Counted from the stretch's first letter, positions 1 through 9,067 are shown. The stretch is 64,000 nucleotides of DNA from a bacterium (GCA_021780675.1 JAJXYH010000004.1:5668-69667), one strand, 5' to 3'. Numbers and translations: made by a program. Notes: generated by a model not told the origin, from the letters alone.

Positions 1-105
1 AGCCCACCACTTTATAACATGATCTGGGTCTATCCAGGCTTCAAAAACCAAATCTCTTGGTGCATTAAATTCCCTTGTTAAAACAACTTCTTTTATTACC
101 TCCAT
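1..105 (-). CDS. SRPBCC/AHSA1 (START-like) domain protein, 5' part (runs off the window)
   Basis: Manual translation MEVIKEVVLTREFNAPRDLVFEAWIDPDHVIKWWA has the AHSA1 signature. GGAGGTGAA RBS at 111-119. Lies in the usual ArsR-DUF1801-SRPBCC operon. Confidence 0.85.
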   Translation of the reverse strand, partial: MEVIKEVVLTREFNAPRDLVFEAWIDPDHVIKWWA

Positions 106-152
106 GCAAATTCACCTCCTCCTATGAGATAGAGAAAACGCATCTCATTGGA

Positions 153-182
153 TCCCGTTAGATATGAAACTGTCTAACGGGA
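153..182. repeat. REP-like palindrome TCCCGTTAGATA-N6-TGTCTAACGGGA, with a second hairpin at about 124-148
   Basis: Near-perfect inverted repeat in the intergenic gap of an operon. Confidence 0.6.
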
Positions 183-200
183 CTACTACGCTATAAATTT

Positions 201-617
201 TTAACTCACCGCTTTTTTAATAAGCCTTACGATTTCCGCTTCCTCTTTTGCCGTTATTTTTAAAAGCGCAAAACCGGTCGGCCACATATTGCCATCGTCT
301 AAATTCGCATCGTGCTGAAACCCTAAGGTTGCGTACCTAACTTTAAATTTAACCGCATCCTGAAAAAAACAAACCACTTTACCCTGCGAGTTAGTATACG
401 CAGGCATTCCGTACCAGGTTCTTACTCCCAGTTCCGGTGCGTTTTTCCTAACCAATTCATGAATTTTTGTGGCCAAAACCTTGTCTGAACCCTTCATGGT
501 GGCAATTTTTGCTAAAACCGCTTCTTCACCGTTTCCCTTATTTGCCATAAGCTCCAAAGCACGCTGTTTCATGGCTGTTTGCTCTTCTTTTGAAAATCCT
601 TTTGCTTTTGTTGTCAT
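201..617 (-). CDS. DUF1801/YdhG-like protein
   Basis: TWYGMPAY...KVVCFFQ...RYATLGF...MWPT motif. Confidence 0.85.
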   Translation of the reverse strand: MTTKAKGFSKEEQTAMKQRALELMANKGNGEEAVLAKIATMKGSDKVLATKIHELVRKNAPELGVRTWYGMPAYTNSQGKVVCFFQDAVKFKVRYATLGFQHDANLDDGNMWPTGFALLKITAKEEAEIVRLIKKAVS

Positions 618-931
618 TATTTTTTCACCTCCTTTTTAACATGCTTTTCTAATCTGTCCAGTTGCGCTTCCCAAAGCCTGCGGAAATTTGCTATCCAGGT
701 ATCGATTTCTTCAAATTTCTCCGCGTTAAGCGAATAAATGCGCTGTTGAGCATCCTTTTCTACCTCCACTACCCCATAATCTGCCAAAACCTTTAAGTGT
801 TTGGAAGTTTGGGGTTGGCTCATATGGAGTTTATGCGAAATTTCACCTACGGGCGAAGGGCCACCTAAAAGGTATTCAACAATATTAAACCTGTTAACTT
901 CCGATATTATAGCCAGAGTTGAGGGGTTCAT
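617..931 (-). CDS. ArsR/SmtB family transcriptional regulator
   Basis: wHTH SQPQTSKHLKVL...AQQRIYSL...W..RLD. Confidence 0.9.
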   Translation of the reverse strand: MNPSTLAIISEVNRFNIVEYLLGGPSPVGEISHKLHMSQPQTSKHLKVLADYGVVEVEKDAQQRIYSLNAEKFEEIDTWIANFRRLWEAQLDRLEKHVKKEVKK

Positions 932-1051
932 GCGGATATATTACCACACGCGTATATTCCTGTCAAGGCATATACAATTTATTCCTATAGTTTGCTGCTT
1001 TTTGTTTTTATTTATCAATAAGATTGACATACTGTGCTAAACTAATAGTTA

Positions 1052-1561
1052 ATGAGTGGAGATAGGTTTTTTGCAATTTTTGGTAAATTAGCTGTTGTTT
1101 TAATTCTGGTTGGTATTATTGCCGGCGGGGCTTACTATTTGGGAGCTAAAAACCAACCCCAAAAGGAAACCCAAACGAAAAACACTGTTAAAACTACAGT
1201 TACTCCGACAATCACCCCTCAAGTTACAACTGCGGCAAATATAACTCCAGAGCCAACCGTTGATGAAACTGCTGCTTTAAGCTTAGCCATTAAAAATGCT
1301 CTAGTTACAGAACATGGAAGCGTTGCAAACGACTTAAACATTACCGTATCTAAAATTAAAGGCGATTATGCCTCCGGCGCTGCATCGCAGCAAGGCGGAG
1401 GCGGTATATGGTATGCGGCTAAGGTAAACGGTGTTTGGAAACTGGTATGGGACGGAAATGGATTTATCTCCTGCTCTAACTTAACTAATTATCCAAACTT
1501 TCCTACCAGCATGATTCCCCAGTGCTACAACGATCAAGCTAAAGCAATCGTAAATAGATAA
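1052..1561 (+). CDS. Membrane-anchored exported protein with T/P linker
   Basis: N-terminal TM, TPT linker, C-terminal GVWKLVWDGNG..C domain. Confidence 0.75.
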   Translation: MSGDRFFAIFGKLAVVLILVGIIAGGAYYLGAKNQPQKETQTKNTVKTTVTPTITPQVTTAANITPEPTVDETAALSLAIKNALVTEHGSVANDLNITVSKIKGDYASGAASQQGGGGIWYAAKVNGVWKLVWDGNGFISCSNLTNYPNFPTSMIPQCYNDQAKAIVNR

Positions 1562-1927
1562 TTATTTAGAAGTTTTAGAAGACTTTACAAACCAAACCGC
1601 AAGAGGCAACAGAAATGTTAATCCGTAGTAAATAATCACATCTAATTTATAATAATCTACAGGGTGTAAAAGTTTTACCAAGAAAACATAATCAAACGTT
1701 ACGGCGACAACCAGCCAAACAATTGCAATGGATAAATAATATTCCAAGTCTTTTTCTTTAATTTTTTTAAACAAAATCCAAAGCGTTAATGCTATGCCAA
1801 ACGGCATAATTGCCAAACCTAAGTAATTTTGGGGCAAGAAGGTAAAAAAGATAATACCGAGGATGTAACCAAACAGCCAAAGCAAGAATCCGTAGCCAAA
1901 TGCATGGAATAAGAATTTCTTGTCCAT
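1562..1927 (-). CDS. Small integral membrane protein
   Basis: About 4 hydrophobic helices. Confidence 0.75.
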   Translation of the reverse strand: MDKKFLFHAFGYGFLLWLFGYILGIIFFTFLPQNYLGLAIMPFGIALTLWILFKKIKEKDLEYYLSIAIVWLVVAVTFDYVFLVKLLHPVDYYKLDVIIYYGLTFLLPLAVWFVKSSKTSK

Positions 1928-1973
1928 AAAGCTAAGATCTATTATAACAAATTAAATATGATAAGATAGTTGC

Positions 1974-2483
1974 ATGAAATTTTGGCTAACGTACGTATTA
2001 ATAATTGGTGTGTTAGTTATAAGCTCAACGTCTTTATACATTGATTCCCAAAAAAAGCCTCAAATTGCCTCACCTTTAATTATAAATGTAAATTCGTTCC
2101 CCCCAACCCTTACCCCAACGCCTACACCCACTCCTACGCCAACACCAACGCCTACACCCACTCCTACGCCAACACCAACGCCGATTCCCATCACGTCTTC
2201 CGATCTTGATTCGCTTTTTACTAAATATGGAAACTACTATAGTGTTGATGTAAATTTACTTAAGAAAATTGCTGCCTGTGAATCAGGCTTTAATCCAAAT
2301 GCTATATATGGCGATTATCTGGGGATGTTCCAATTTTCTTCGGGCGCCTGGATAAACAGCCGCGCTTTAATGGGACAGGATTCAAATTTAGATTTAAGAA
2401 GAAATCCCGAAGAATCAATTAAAACCGCTGCTTTTAAAATCTCGAGGGGCGAAGCATCAGCCTGGCCGGTGTGCGGAAAATAG
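1974..2483 (+). CDS. Membrane-anchored lytic transglycosylase (SLT/lysozyme-like) with PT-repeat stalk
   Basis: IAACESGFNPNA...GMFQF motif after (PT)n and an N-terminal TM. Confidence 0.85.
   Translation: MKFWLTYVLIIGVLVISSTSLYIDSQKKPQIASPLIINVNSFPPTLTPTPTPTPTPTPTPTPTPTPTPTPIPITSSDLDSLFTKYGNYYSVDVNLLKKIAACESGFNPNAIYGDYLGMFQFSSGAWINSRALMGQDSNLDLRRNPEESIKTAAFKISRGEASAWPVCGK
2115..2182 (+). repeat. 30-bp tandem repeat encoding the (PT)n linker
   Basis: CCAACGCCTACACCCACTCCTACGCCAACA twice plus a partial copy. Confidence 0.85.
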
Positions 2484-2505
2484 GCCTTAAGCAGTTTTTC
2501 CCATA

Positions 2506-3341
2506 CTACGTGCTATAGCAAATCTGGTTAATTAATGTTACATTATTTGTAGTAATAATAATTCTCCCGCCTTTCTTAATTACGCTTAATGCATCTTTTG
2601 GTCTGTTTATTGTCCACACATTTATAGGAAAATCTACACCTTTAGAACTGTTAAAACTAAGAATTTCATCCGTTACGTTGTTTCCAATTTCTACTGTTGC
2701 TCCGCGTCCAACTACACCCCCTCTAATCCAGTTTTCCGCCCTTTGAAAATAATCTTCAATATTGGATTCATCTACGTTAAAAACGACTAATTTTTGAGGA
2801 GAACTTTCAATTTCATCCAAAAAAGAAAATGTTCCGCCCGAATATGTAACTAAACTGTCTTTGGGCATAAGAAGATCTACTTGTTGTTTAAATAATTTAA
2901 ATCCCTTCTGGTCGTTTCCGCCTATTTTAATATCCAAAGCTATGCCCTTGCCAGAACCGAGAACTTTTTCCAAAACTGTTTTGAAAGCCTGTTCTTTTTT
3001 TGCAACTTACTTAAGGCGTTAAAATCACCCAATGTGTGCACAACATATAATCCATTACTATTCCCCACATCTACCTCAATTAACCCTGATTTATCATCAA
3101 GGGCTGTATTCAGTAACTCCAGATTATCGGCTGCGTTATGAGCAGAGGTATAAACATTTGGATTTTGTTTTAATGCTTCATAAAATTGCTCTAAACTAAC
3201 CGTCTCGTAATCTTGCGAACCCTTAAGAAAAAAGAGCAGCGAGACAGCTGCTACACCTAGCAGCAATGCTTTCCTTCTTGAAATAGGTAAATTTAAAGCA
3301 TTAAAAAGTGCTTATGAATAATTTGTAGGCTTTTCGTTCAT
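2506..3341 (-). pseudogene. Disrupted glycerophosphodiester phosphodiesterase (GDPD)-like gene
   Basis: ATG at 3341 overlaps the upstream stop (TAATG). In-frame TAA at codon 10. Frameshift near the T7 run at about 2995-3001. Fragments contain AHNA..IEVDV and VWTIN..IITTN. Confidence 0.6.
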
Positions 3342-4477
3342 TAAGCTTTGTTATTAATTATTTTACTAAGCGGTTCCAATGTTATCAGAAAAAAAGTAAT
3401 TAAGGTTGCTAAAAACTGCGAGCTATCCAGAAAATTTTTAATTAATCCTCCGCCCGAAAGCAAATTGCCGTTAAAACTAATAAGAAGAAGCGGCAAAATA
3501 AATATCCATCTTTTTTGCCCTAATTTAATGATTAAAAATGGTAAAATCACGGCAAAATAATATTGCCAGGGAGTCGGGAAAATTAACAACAAAAGGCAAA
3601 GTAAAGCAATTGCAATTTCAACTTGATTATTGCTCTTTATTTTTTTCACTTGATATAAAAAAATCAGCAGTAAACTAAATATACCAAGCGCAAATGCAAT
3701 ATACCCGAATGATAAAAATTTAATTTCTATACCAAGCCTTGCAAAAGAAGATGAAAAAGATTGGTTAACAATAGCAGGATCAACCGCAGTCGAAACTCTT
3801 GAAGTTACTCCCTGAATTTCTTTTAAATAATAACTCCAGATGTTTAATGGCAAAATAATTATGCTTATTACCAAACCCAATACCAAACTTGCCAGCGGCA
3901 TTAAAATATCTTTAAGTTTTGTTTTACCAAAAAGAAGTCCCGGTATTACCACAGCCGGATAAATTTTTAATAGCACCGAAACTGTAAAAAAGAATTGTCT
4001 TAAATACTTATTTTTAAAAATCCAAAGACTGTAAATCCCTAAGGTAACCAAACCCATCGGATTTCCCCCACCCAACGAATAAGTTAGAGGAAATGAAAAT
4101 GAAATTAATGAAAGTAAAATCCAAAACAACGGTGTGATTTTTTTTAAAAAATGTTTCCAAAGTAAATAGAAAACAATAAAGAAACTTGCCAAATTAACAA
4201 AAGTAATAAGCACTTCTGCAATTTTTAAAGAAAAAATGGTAAAGGGAAGAAATGGCAATAATACAAATGGCGGACCGAAAGAATTATGAACTATGTAGGA
4301 AAGATCGGGACTAACACTAAATAAATTATGAATTACGCGGTAATAACCGTAGAAATCAGGCAAAATGCCAATCTTGAAAATTATTTCAATTAGTTTGTAT
4401 AAACGTATACTCCAAAAAACCAGGAAGATAAAAAATGAAATTTTAATTAATACTTCTTGGTTAAATTTTGCTTTCAC
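3341..4477 (-). CDS. GT87/DUF2029-like membrane glycosyltransferase
   Basis: Polytopic protein with PDF..YY, GPP..L.F.P, LKIYP, NQS and PTPWQYY motifs. Confidence 0.75.
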   Translation of the reverse strand: MKAKFNQEVLIKISFFIFLVFWSIRLYKLIEIIFKIGILPDFYGYYRVIHNLFSVSPDLSYIVHNSFGPPFVLLPFLPFTIFSLKIAEVLITFVNLASFFIVFYLLWKHFLKKITPLFWILLSLISFSFPLTYSLGGGNPMGLVTLGIYSLWIFKNKYLRQFFFTVSVLLKIYPAVVIPGLLFGKTKLKDILMPLASLVLGLVISIIILPLNIWSYYLKEIQGVTSRVSTAVDPAIVNQSFSSSFARLGIEIKFLSFGYIAFALGIFSLLLIFLYQVKKIKSNNQVEIAIALLCLLLLIFPTPWQYYFAVILPFLIIKLGQKRWIFILPLLLISFNGNLLSGGGLIKNFLDSSQFLATLITFFLITLEPLSKIINNKA

Positions 4478-4512
4478 TTCCCAAATTATAGCACGGGAAG
4501 AATTTTACTGTA

Positions 4513-4767
4513 CTAACTTAAATCTTTTTTTAATTGTTCAAACTCTTTTTTATTTATTTCCCCCTTTGCGTAACGTACTTTTATTATGTCTATATATGAA
4601 TATTCCTCAATAAGATCGTTTTCTTCCTTTCTTTCCCCTTTATGAGAAAAGAAGAAAGAAAAAAATAAAATTGCAAGAATAATAAAAATTACAAATATAA
4701 ATACTCCTGGAAGAAAAGATGAATATTGCGGGTAAGCATATTGTGGGTAAGTGTAATAATGCATCAT
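4513..4767 (-). CDS. SHOCT-domain small membrane protein
   Basis: TM followed by IIKVRYAKGEINKKEFEQLKKDL; strong GGAGGTGAA RBS. Confidence 0.85.
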   Translation of the reverse strand: MMHYYTYPQYAYPQYSSFLPGVFIFVIFIILAILFFSFFFSHKGERKEENDLIEEYSYIDIIKVRYAKGEINKKEFEQLKKDLS

Positions 4768-4850
4768 TTTTGTTTCACCTCCTTTAAACTCAAAATAGCT
4801 TAACTTTCTGAGAAAACGCTGAACATGAAATTAAAAATAGTATTAAATCT

Positions 4851-5021
4851 TTAGAGGTTATGAAAAAACCTTAAGTAAAAAGCTATAAACACCAATACGA
4901 TTCCAACATTTACTATTAGCCGTTCCCAAAAGTGATTTCTAAAAAATAATAAATCCACAGAAACTATAACAACTATTATCAGCAAAATTACTACTGAAAC
5001 AATTGGTTTAACCGAACCCAT
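4851..5021 (-). CDS. 56-aa two-TM membrane protein (not in the ORF track)
   Basis: Manual translation MGSVKPIVSVVILLIIVVIVSVDLLFFRNHFWERLIVNVGIVLVFIAFYLRFFHNL. Confidence 0.65.
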   Translation of the reverse strand: MGSVKPIVSVVILLIIVVIVSVDLLFFRNHFWERLIVNVGIVLVFIAFYLRFFHNL

Positions 5022-5060
5022 ACAGATAATTTATATCTAAAACGTGGTACTGTCAACAAT

Positions 5061-5372
5061 AATGCTCCCACTCCTACCCCAAGTCCAATACCTACGCCTA
5101 TTACCTCAAACGATCTGGATTCACTTTTTACAAAATATGGTAACTTTTATAGCGTTGATGTAAATTTACTTAAGAAAATTGCTGCCTGTGAATCAGGCTT
5201 TAATCCAAATGCTATATATGGCGATTATCTGGGAATGTTTCAATTTTCATCAGGAGCATGGATAAACAGCCGCGCTTTAATGGGACAGGATTCAAATTTA
5301 GATTTAAGAAGAAATCCGAAGGAATCAATAAAAACCGCTGGTTTTAATTGCATCAAGAGTATTCATAAATAA
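5061..5372 (+). pseudogene. Start-less partial duplicate of the transglycosylase catalytic domain (1974-2483)
   Basis: Aligns to about 2170-2437 at offset 2910. Identical blocks 5154-5233 = 2244-2323 and 5259-5317 = 2349-2407. No in-frame start codon upstream of the domain; upstream stop at 4995. Confidence 0.85.
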
Positions 5373-5457
5373 GTAATTAATAGAGAATAATCGTTAACGG
5401 GGGAAAGTGTAAGTGATTTTAAAAGTCTATTGCTCTTAAAGGCACATTGGGGCAAGG

Positions 5458-5889
5458 TTAAAATTTATCTGTTTTAGGTTCAGAAATTCCTTCTATCCAT
5501 AGCGGTATTTTGTCTTTTGGGTCTCCATTATTATAGTTAAATGTTATTTCGTCATTTTTTTTAATATTATTTAATGCAATAAAATCAATTGTTTTGTTTT
5601 TTTGTCTAATCCTGTATTTTGCATTTGGTTTATATGTATGGTTATATATTGACCCAAAACCCAAAGCAATTGCCAGACGTTCTTTATTTTTACCAAAATA
5701 GAAAAAATAAGTAACCAAAATACTTTCATTTAGATTAGCCATGTCAAATTTTGGCAGTTCAATAATTGGGCATCTTTCGATAATTTCATCTTTCTTTATA
5801 TCACGTCTGGCAAAAACCCCCAGCCCCGCATTAAGAATTTTTGATTTATCTACATAAACCTTATCCGATGCTGCAATTTTATTCATCAT
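5458..5889 (-). CDS. SET-domain protein-lysine methyltransferase
   Basis: GLGVFA...GSIYNHTYKPNA...EITFNY. Confidence 0.9.
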   Translation of the reverse strand: MMNKIAASDKVYVDKSKILNAGLGVFARRDIKKDEIIERCPIIELPKFDMANLNESILVTYFFYFGKNKERLAIALGFGSIYNHTYKPNAKYRIRQKNKTIDFIALNNIKKNDEITFNYNNGDPKDKIPLWIEGISEPKTDKF

Positions 5890-5923
5890 AAGATTATAAC
5901 AGAAGTTGAATTAAGGCTAATTT

Positions 5924-6150
5924 GCTCCGTGACTAGGGCTTCCTTCGCGCAAGGCACTCAGGATTGCTTCTTGGAAGTTTACTTCTCGTCCTAGTCAAAA
6001 TCACAAAAATAGCCACCACATGGATTGAGCTCTGCGATCCTAGAATTATTATAACTGCAAAAGTAATAGAATCCTTCCAGAATCTAAGCTATATCGGGGA
6101 ATTGAGGCAGAGGTGGAAGGAGATTAAAAAGCTACAATTAAACCCTGCTT
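5924..6150. mobile_element. att-like scar A: copy of the tRNA-Asn 3' end, hairpin insert and short orphan open-frame tail
   Basis: GCTCCGTGACTAGG at 5924-5937 is identical to tRNA-Asn 7630-7643. GACTAGG/CCTAGTC inverted repeat. Same layout as 7055-7204. Confidence 0.6.
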
Positions 6151-6963
6151 TTATTGCGCGAATTTGAAAGTAGAAAGAATTTCTTGAAATTTAGCAAGAT
6201 TACTAGGGTCATTACTTAAAACCTCAATTAAATATGTCTTCCCATCTTTATAGACCACTACGACTTTACCTTCTAATTTAATTAGACCATCAGTTCCACC
6301 AAGATTTTCAATAACAGCTGGTATTCCGCCTACAGTTATCTGGTTTGGTTGTGATACTGTTTTAGGGTTTTGTTTACTAAGAGCATCATTTAAGGATTTA
6401 TCGCCTGTATTTACACTAATAGAACCAATGCCAAGGTCATTTAAGAAAGTTTCACCAAAAATTATGTCACTTTTTGAATAAGAACTTATTTTTGCTTTCC
6501 ATGGGCTTGGTAGTATAAAACTATAACCTCCATCGTTATTAATAATTCTATTTCCCTCAATAATAACAGGGGTTGTAGGTTTTGGCGAAACTTCATATAC
6601 ACCAGGGGTGACACTAGTTGATTTAGAAATATTTCGTGAACCTATAAGCGCAGCGGAAAATATTACAACTATTCCTACTATTATCAAAATAACTGGCAAC
6701 AAAGTTAATAATAACTTAACCCATCTAGGCCATTTTGTTGCAAACCACATAACAATTAATCCCATTGGATATATAGACAAAAGCAAAAATATAGCTATTA
6801 AGGTTCCAAAAATGTTATTTTGGTGGGATTCAGGAACGGAAGGGGTACTAGGGCTTGGAGGTTGACCATTTAGTGCCTGCGTACCTTGAGGCGGAATAGT
6901 TTCATTTTCAACAATAATAGGGTTTGGCACTTGAGTTGTAGCTTGAACAGAATTTTCTTCCAT
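6151..6963 (-). CDS. Membrane protein with Pro-rich N-terminus, 2 TMs and PsbP-like C-terminal domain
   Basis: YSFILPSPW...ITVGG..A...FQEILSTFKF. Start taken as MEENS (the ORF track extends to 6981). Confidence 0.7.
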   Translation of the reverse strand: MEENSVQATTQVPNPIIVENETIPPQGTQALNGQPPSPSTPSVPESHQNNIFGTLIAIFLLLSIYPMGLIVMWFATKWPRWVKLLLTLLPVILIIVGIVVIFSAALIGSRNISKSTSVTPGVYEVSPKPTTPVIIEGNRIINNDGGYSFILPSPWKAKISSYSKSDIIFGETFLNDLGIGSISVNTGDKSLNDALSKQNPKTVSQPNQITVGGIPAVIENLGGTDGLIKLEGKVVVVYKDGKTYLIEVLSNDPSNLAKFQEILSTFKFAQ

Positions 6964-7054
6964 AAGGTAATCATCAAACAATTTTATTAATAAATCAAGC
7001 TCGAAGTTATAATAAAGGGCTGATAGTTACCCTTAAGGGTGGTAAATATAACTT

Positions 7055-7204
7055 GCTCCGCGACTAAGTTCTTAGGAGAATCTTCATTCGCTACGCTCAT
7101 TTCGAGACTCGGTCTTGCGATAATTCCTATCCTAGAAACCACAAAAAAAGTCACCGAAATGGTGACTTGTTTTGTGAGCTCCGAGGGATAGACGACGTTA
7201 GAAC
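7055..7204. mobile_element. att-like scar B: degenerate tRNA-Asn 3' copy, REP-like insert, terminator-like hairpin and second GCTCCG core
   Basis: GCTCCGCGACTAAG at 7055-7068; TTCGCTACGCTCA; hairpin AAGTCACC-GAAAT-GGTGACTT; GCTCCGAGGGATAGACGACGTTAGAAC at 7178-7204. Confidence 0.6.
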
Positions 7205-7582
7205 CTATTTAAACAATTCAGGAAACCAGTCTCTGTTATCAGCAAACATTTGATTATAGGGAATCTTGTCAAAGTCAAACCATTTAAGTTCCTTTATACT
7301 TATTTCTTTGGGTTTAATTTCTCCATCCCATGTACTTGTTTTAAAGATAATCAATTTAATGTCTGAATTTAGTTCTTTAACTTTTGTTAAATCTTCCCTG
7401 TTTATTTTAATAAATGTTTCTTCGTTAAACTCTCTTGCCACTGCATCTTCAAGAGATTCCCCCTTATTAACAAATCCGCCAATGCCATTCCATTTCTGGT
7501 CATTTGAAGAATAATGAATTTTAGCAAGAAGAATTTTTTTATCTTTAACAATAAAACATACAACACCAATTCTTTTATCCAT
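7205..7582 (-). CDS. NUDIX hydrolase (MutT/8-oxo-dGTPase-like)
   Basis: WNGIGG...GESLEDAVAREFNEET Nudix box; IPYNQMFADNRDW tail. Confidence 0.9.
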   Translation of the reverse strand: MDKRIGVVCFIVKDKKILLAKIHYSSNDQKWNGIGGFVNKGESLEDAVAREFNEETFIKINREDLTKVKELNSDIKLIIFKTSTWDGEIKPKEISIKELKWFDFDKIPYNQMFADNRDWFPELFK

Positions 7583-7627
7583 AAACAAATTATATCAGAG
7601 GTTCTAATATACTACTCGGGGTGAACC

Positions 7628-7702
7628 TGGCTCCGTGACTAGGACTCGAACCTAGAACCTTGTCGTTAACAGCGACCTGCTCTACCATTGAGCTATCACG
7701 GA
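7628..7702 (-). tRNA. tRNA-Asn(GTT)
   Basis: Cloverleaf with TCCGTGA/TCACGGA acceptor, anticodon loop CTGTTAA, TTCGAGT T-loop and encoded CCA. Confidence 0.95.
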
Positions 7703-7754
7703 ATGTATTAAGATTTTATCAATTATAAGTTTTAAAATCTAGTATTTTAATGTT

Positions 7755-8327
7755 TTATCTTTCAACTACTGAAAACCTTACTTTAAAAGGGAGTCTTCCA
7801 TCTGGAATAGGGTCTCTTGGATATGGACTTACAAATCTAACAATAATGATTTGGTTAATCGGAATGTGGATTCTTGGGAATTCATGATCCTCAACGCCTG
7901 AATCTAACAAAACATCATTAAGAAGACCAGGTAGTAAATCCGGGTCTTCCCTAAATCTTTCTAAAAGAGATACGAATCCTTCTACTTTTCTATGCAATCC
8001 ATTACTTCTGCCGGATTTAAATTCTACCATTTCCATTAAACAAAAATTTCTGCTTAAAAGAAGTGCATCTGGTCTAGCTTCTGCTGAAAGATGACGCCTT
8101 CCCAAAGCCTCGTCAAGCATATGTGGACCCACACCAATAAAACGCTGGTTTCTTTTCATTATTTCAACAAACCCCTCTTCTTCATATGAATCTCCGTTGG
8201 AATGCGTTCTTTTACCAATTAGATCTATTCCTTTTGAAACAATAATTAATTTGGGGCAAATAGTTTCCGCAGTTTGATATGCAGTTCTATGCTGTGGCAG
8301 GCCGATATCTTGTTCTCTTTCCGACAC
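7755..8327 (-). CDS. Hypothetical protein, possible PD-(D/E)XK nuclease fold
   Basis: RPDALLL...MVEFKS motif. Confidence 0.55.
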   Translation of the reverse strand: MSEREQDIGLPQHRTAYQTAETICPKLIIVSKGIDLIGKRTHSNGDSYEEEGFVEIMKRNQRFIGVGPHMLDEALGRRHLSAEARPDALLLSRNFCLMEMVEFKSGRSNGLHRKVEGFVSLLERFREDPDLLPGLLNDVLLDSGVEDHEFPRIHIPINQIIIVRFVSPYPRDPIPDGRLPFKVRFSVVER

Positions 8328-8415
8328 TTACAATAAAAATATAAATAAATAGAGTGAGTTTGACAAGGGGCAAAATCAACTTGACAAACATATAAAAAGA
8401 TATCAATATTTAAAT

Positions 8416-8991
8416 ATGGAGTCTTCCAGACGAATTGAGGCGGGAAATGATGGTTTTCACCCGAAGCCTGAATTAACTACTGTGCCCAAGCAACCAGCAA
8501 AAATAACCATATTCAAAGCTCCCAGACCAATATTAACAGACACTGCAACACATGAGCCAATATATGCCGGATTAATTACACCGGAGGGGTTTAATAGTTT
8601 AGAGGGAAATATGCAAGAAGCGGTTTTACTAAATTTAATGGAAACCGATAATAAAGATCAAATCAGAAAATTAAGGCCGGATTTTGAAATAGATAGACCA
8701 TTAACTTACGATGAAAAAAGACTTTCCGAATGGACAGCAAGCATTACTTCGCATGAAGAACCGATTCTTGCCCCACGGATAGAAATAGAGGATGGATTAT
8801 TCGCTCAAATTCATCATACAGTTTATTATGATTTTGAAAAAAGAGAAGATTTAGCGGTAGTCTTAGAAAGAGAAAGACAAAGAAGAATACAGTTTACGCC
8901 GGGACAATTTGCACCATCTGAAAATTTAGGTAAATACTCCGCAGCAATTCGTTATCGCGGAAACCTTGAAAGACAAATTCAAAATAAATAA
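8416..8991 (+). CDS. Hypothetical protein
   Basis: 191-aa ORF with a TTGACA promoter element upstream. Confidence 0.65.
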   Translation: MESSRRIEAGNDGFHPKPELTTVPKQPAKITIFKAPRPILTDTATHEPIYAGLITPEGFNSLEGNMQEAVLLNLMETDNKDQIRKLRPDFEIDRPLTYDEKRLSEWTASITSHEEPILAPRIEIEDGLFAQIHHTVYYDFEKREDLAVVLERERQRRIQFTPGQFAPSENLGKYSAAIRYRGNLERQIQNK

Positions 8992-9067
8992 TAGACAGGT
9001 AGAACTTCAAAAAGCTGCTTAAGCATAGTCTTTACACAAAAGTTTGTTTGGCATACAATATTCTTTT

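Noticed and set aside
2101-2182. CRISPR-like or regulatory short repeats
   Set aside because: They encode the in-frame Pro-Thr linker.
5061-5345. DGR template repeat for the transglycosylase gene
   Set aside because: Only about half of the mismatches are at adenines of the copy, most are synonymous, and there is no reverse transcriptase in the window.
5964-6167. 67-aa ORF as a real gene
   Set aside because: TTG start lies inside the scar hairpin; better explained as an att remnant with an open tail.
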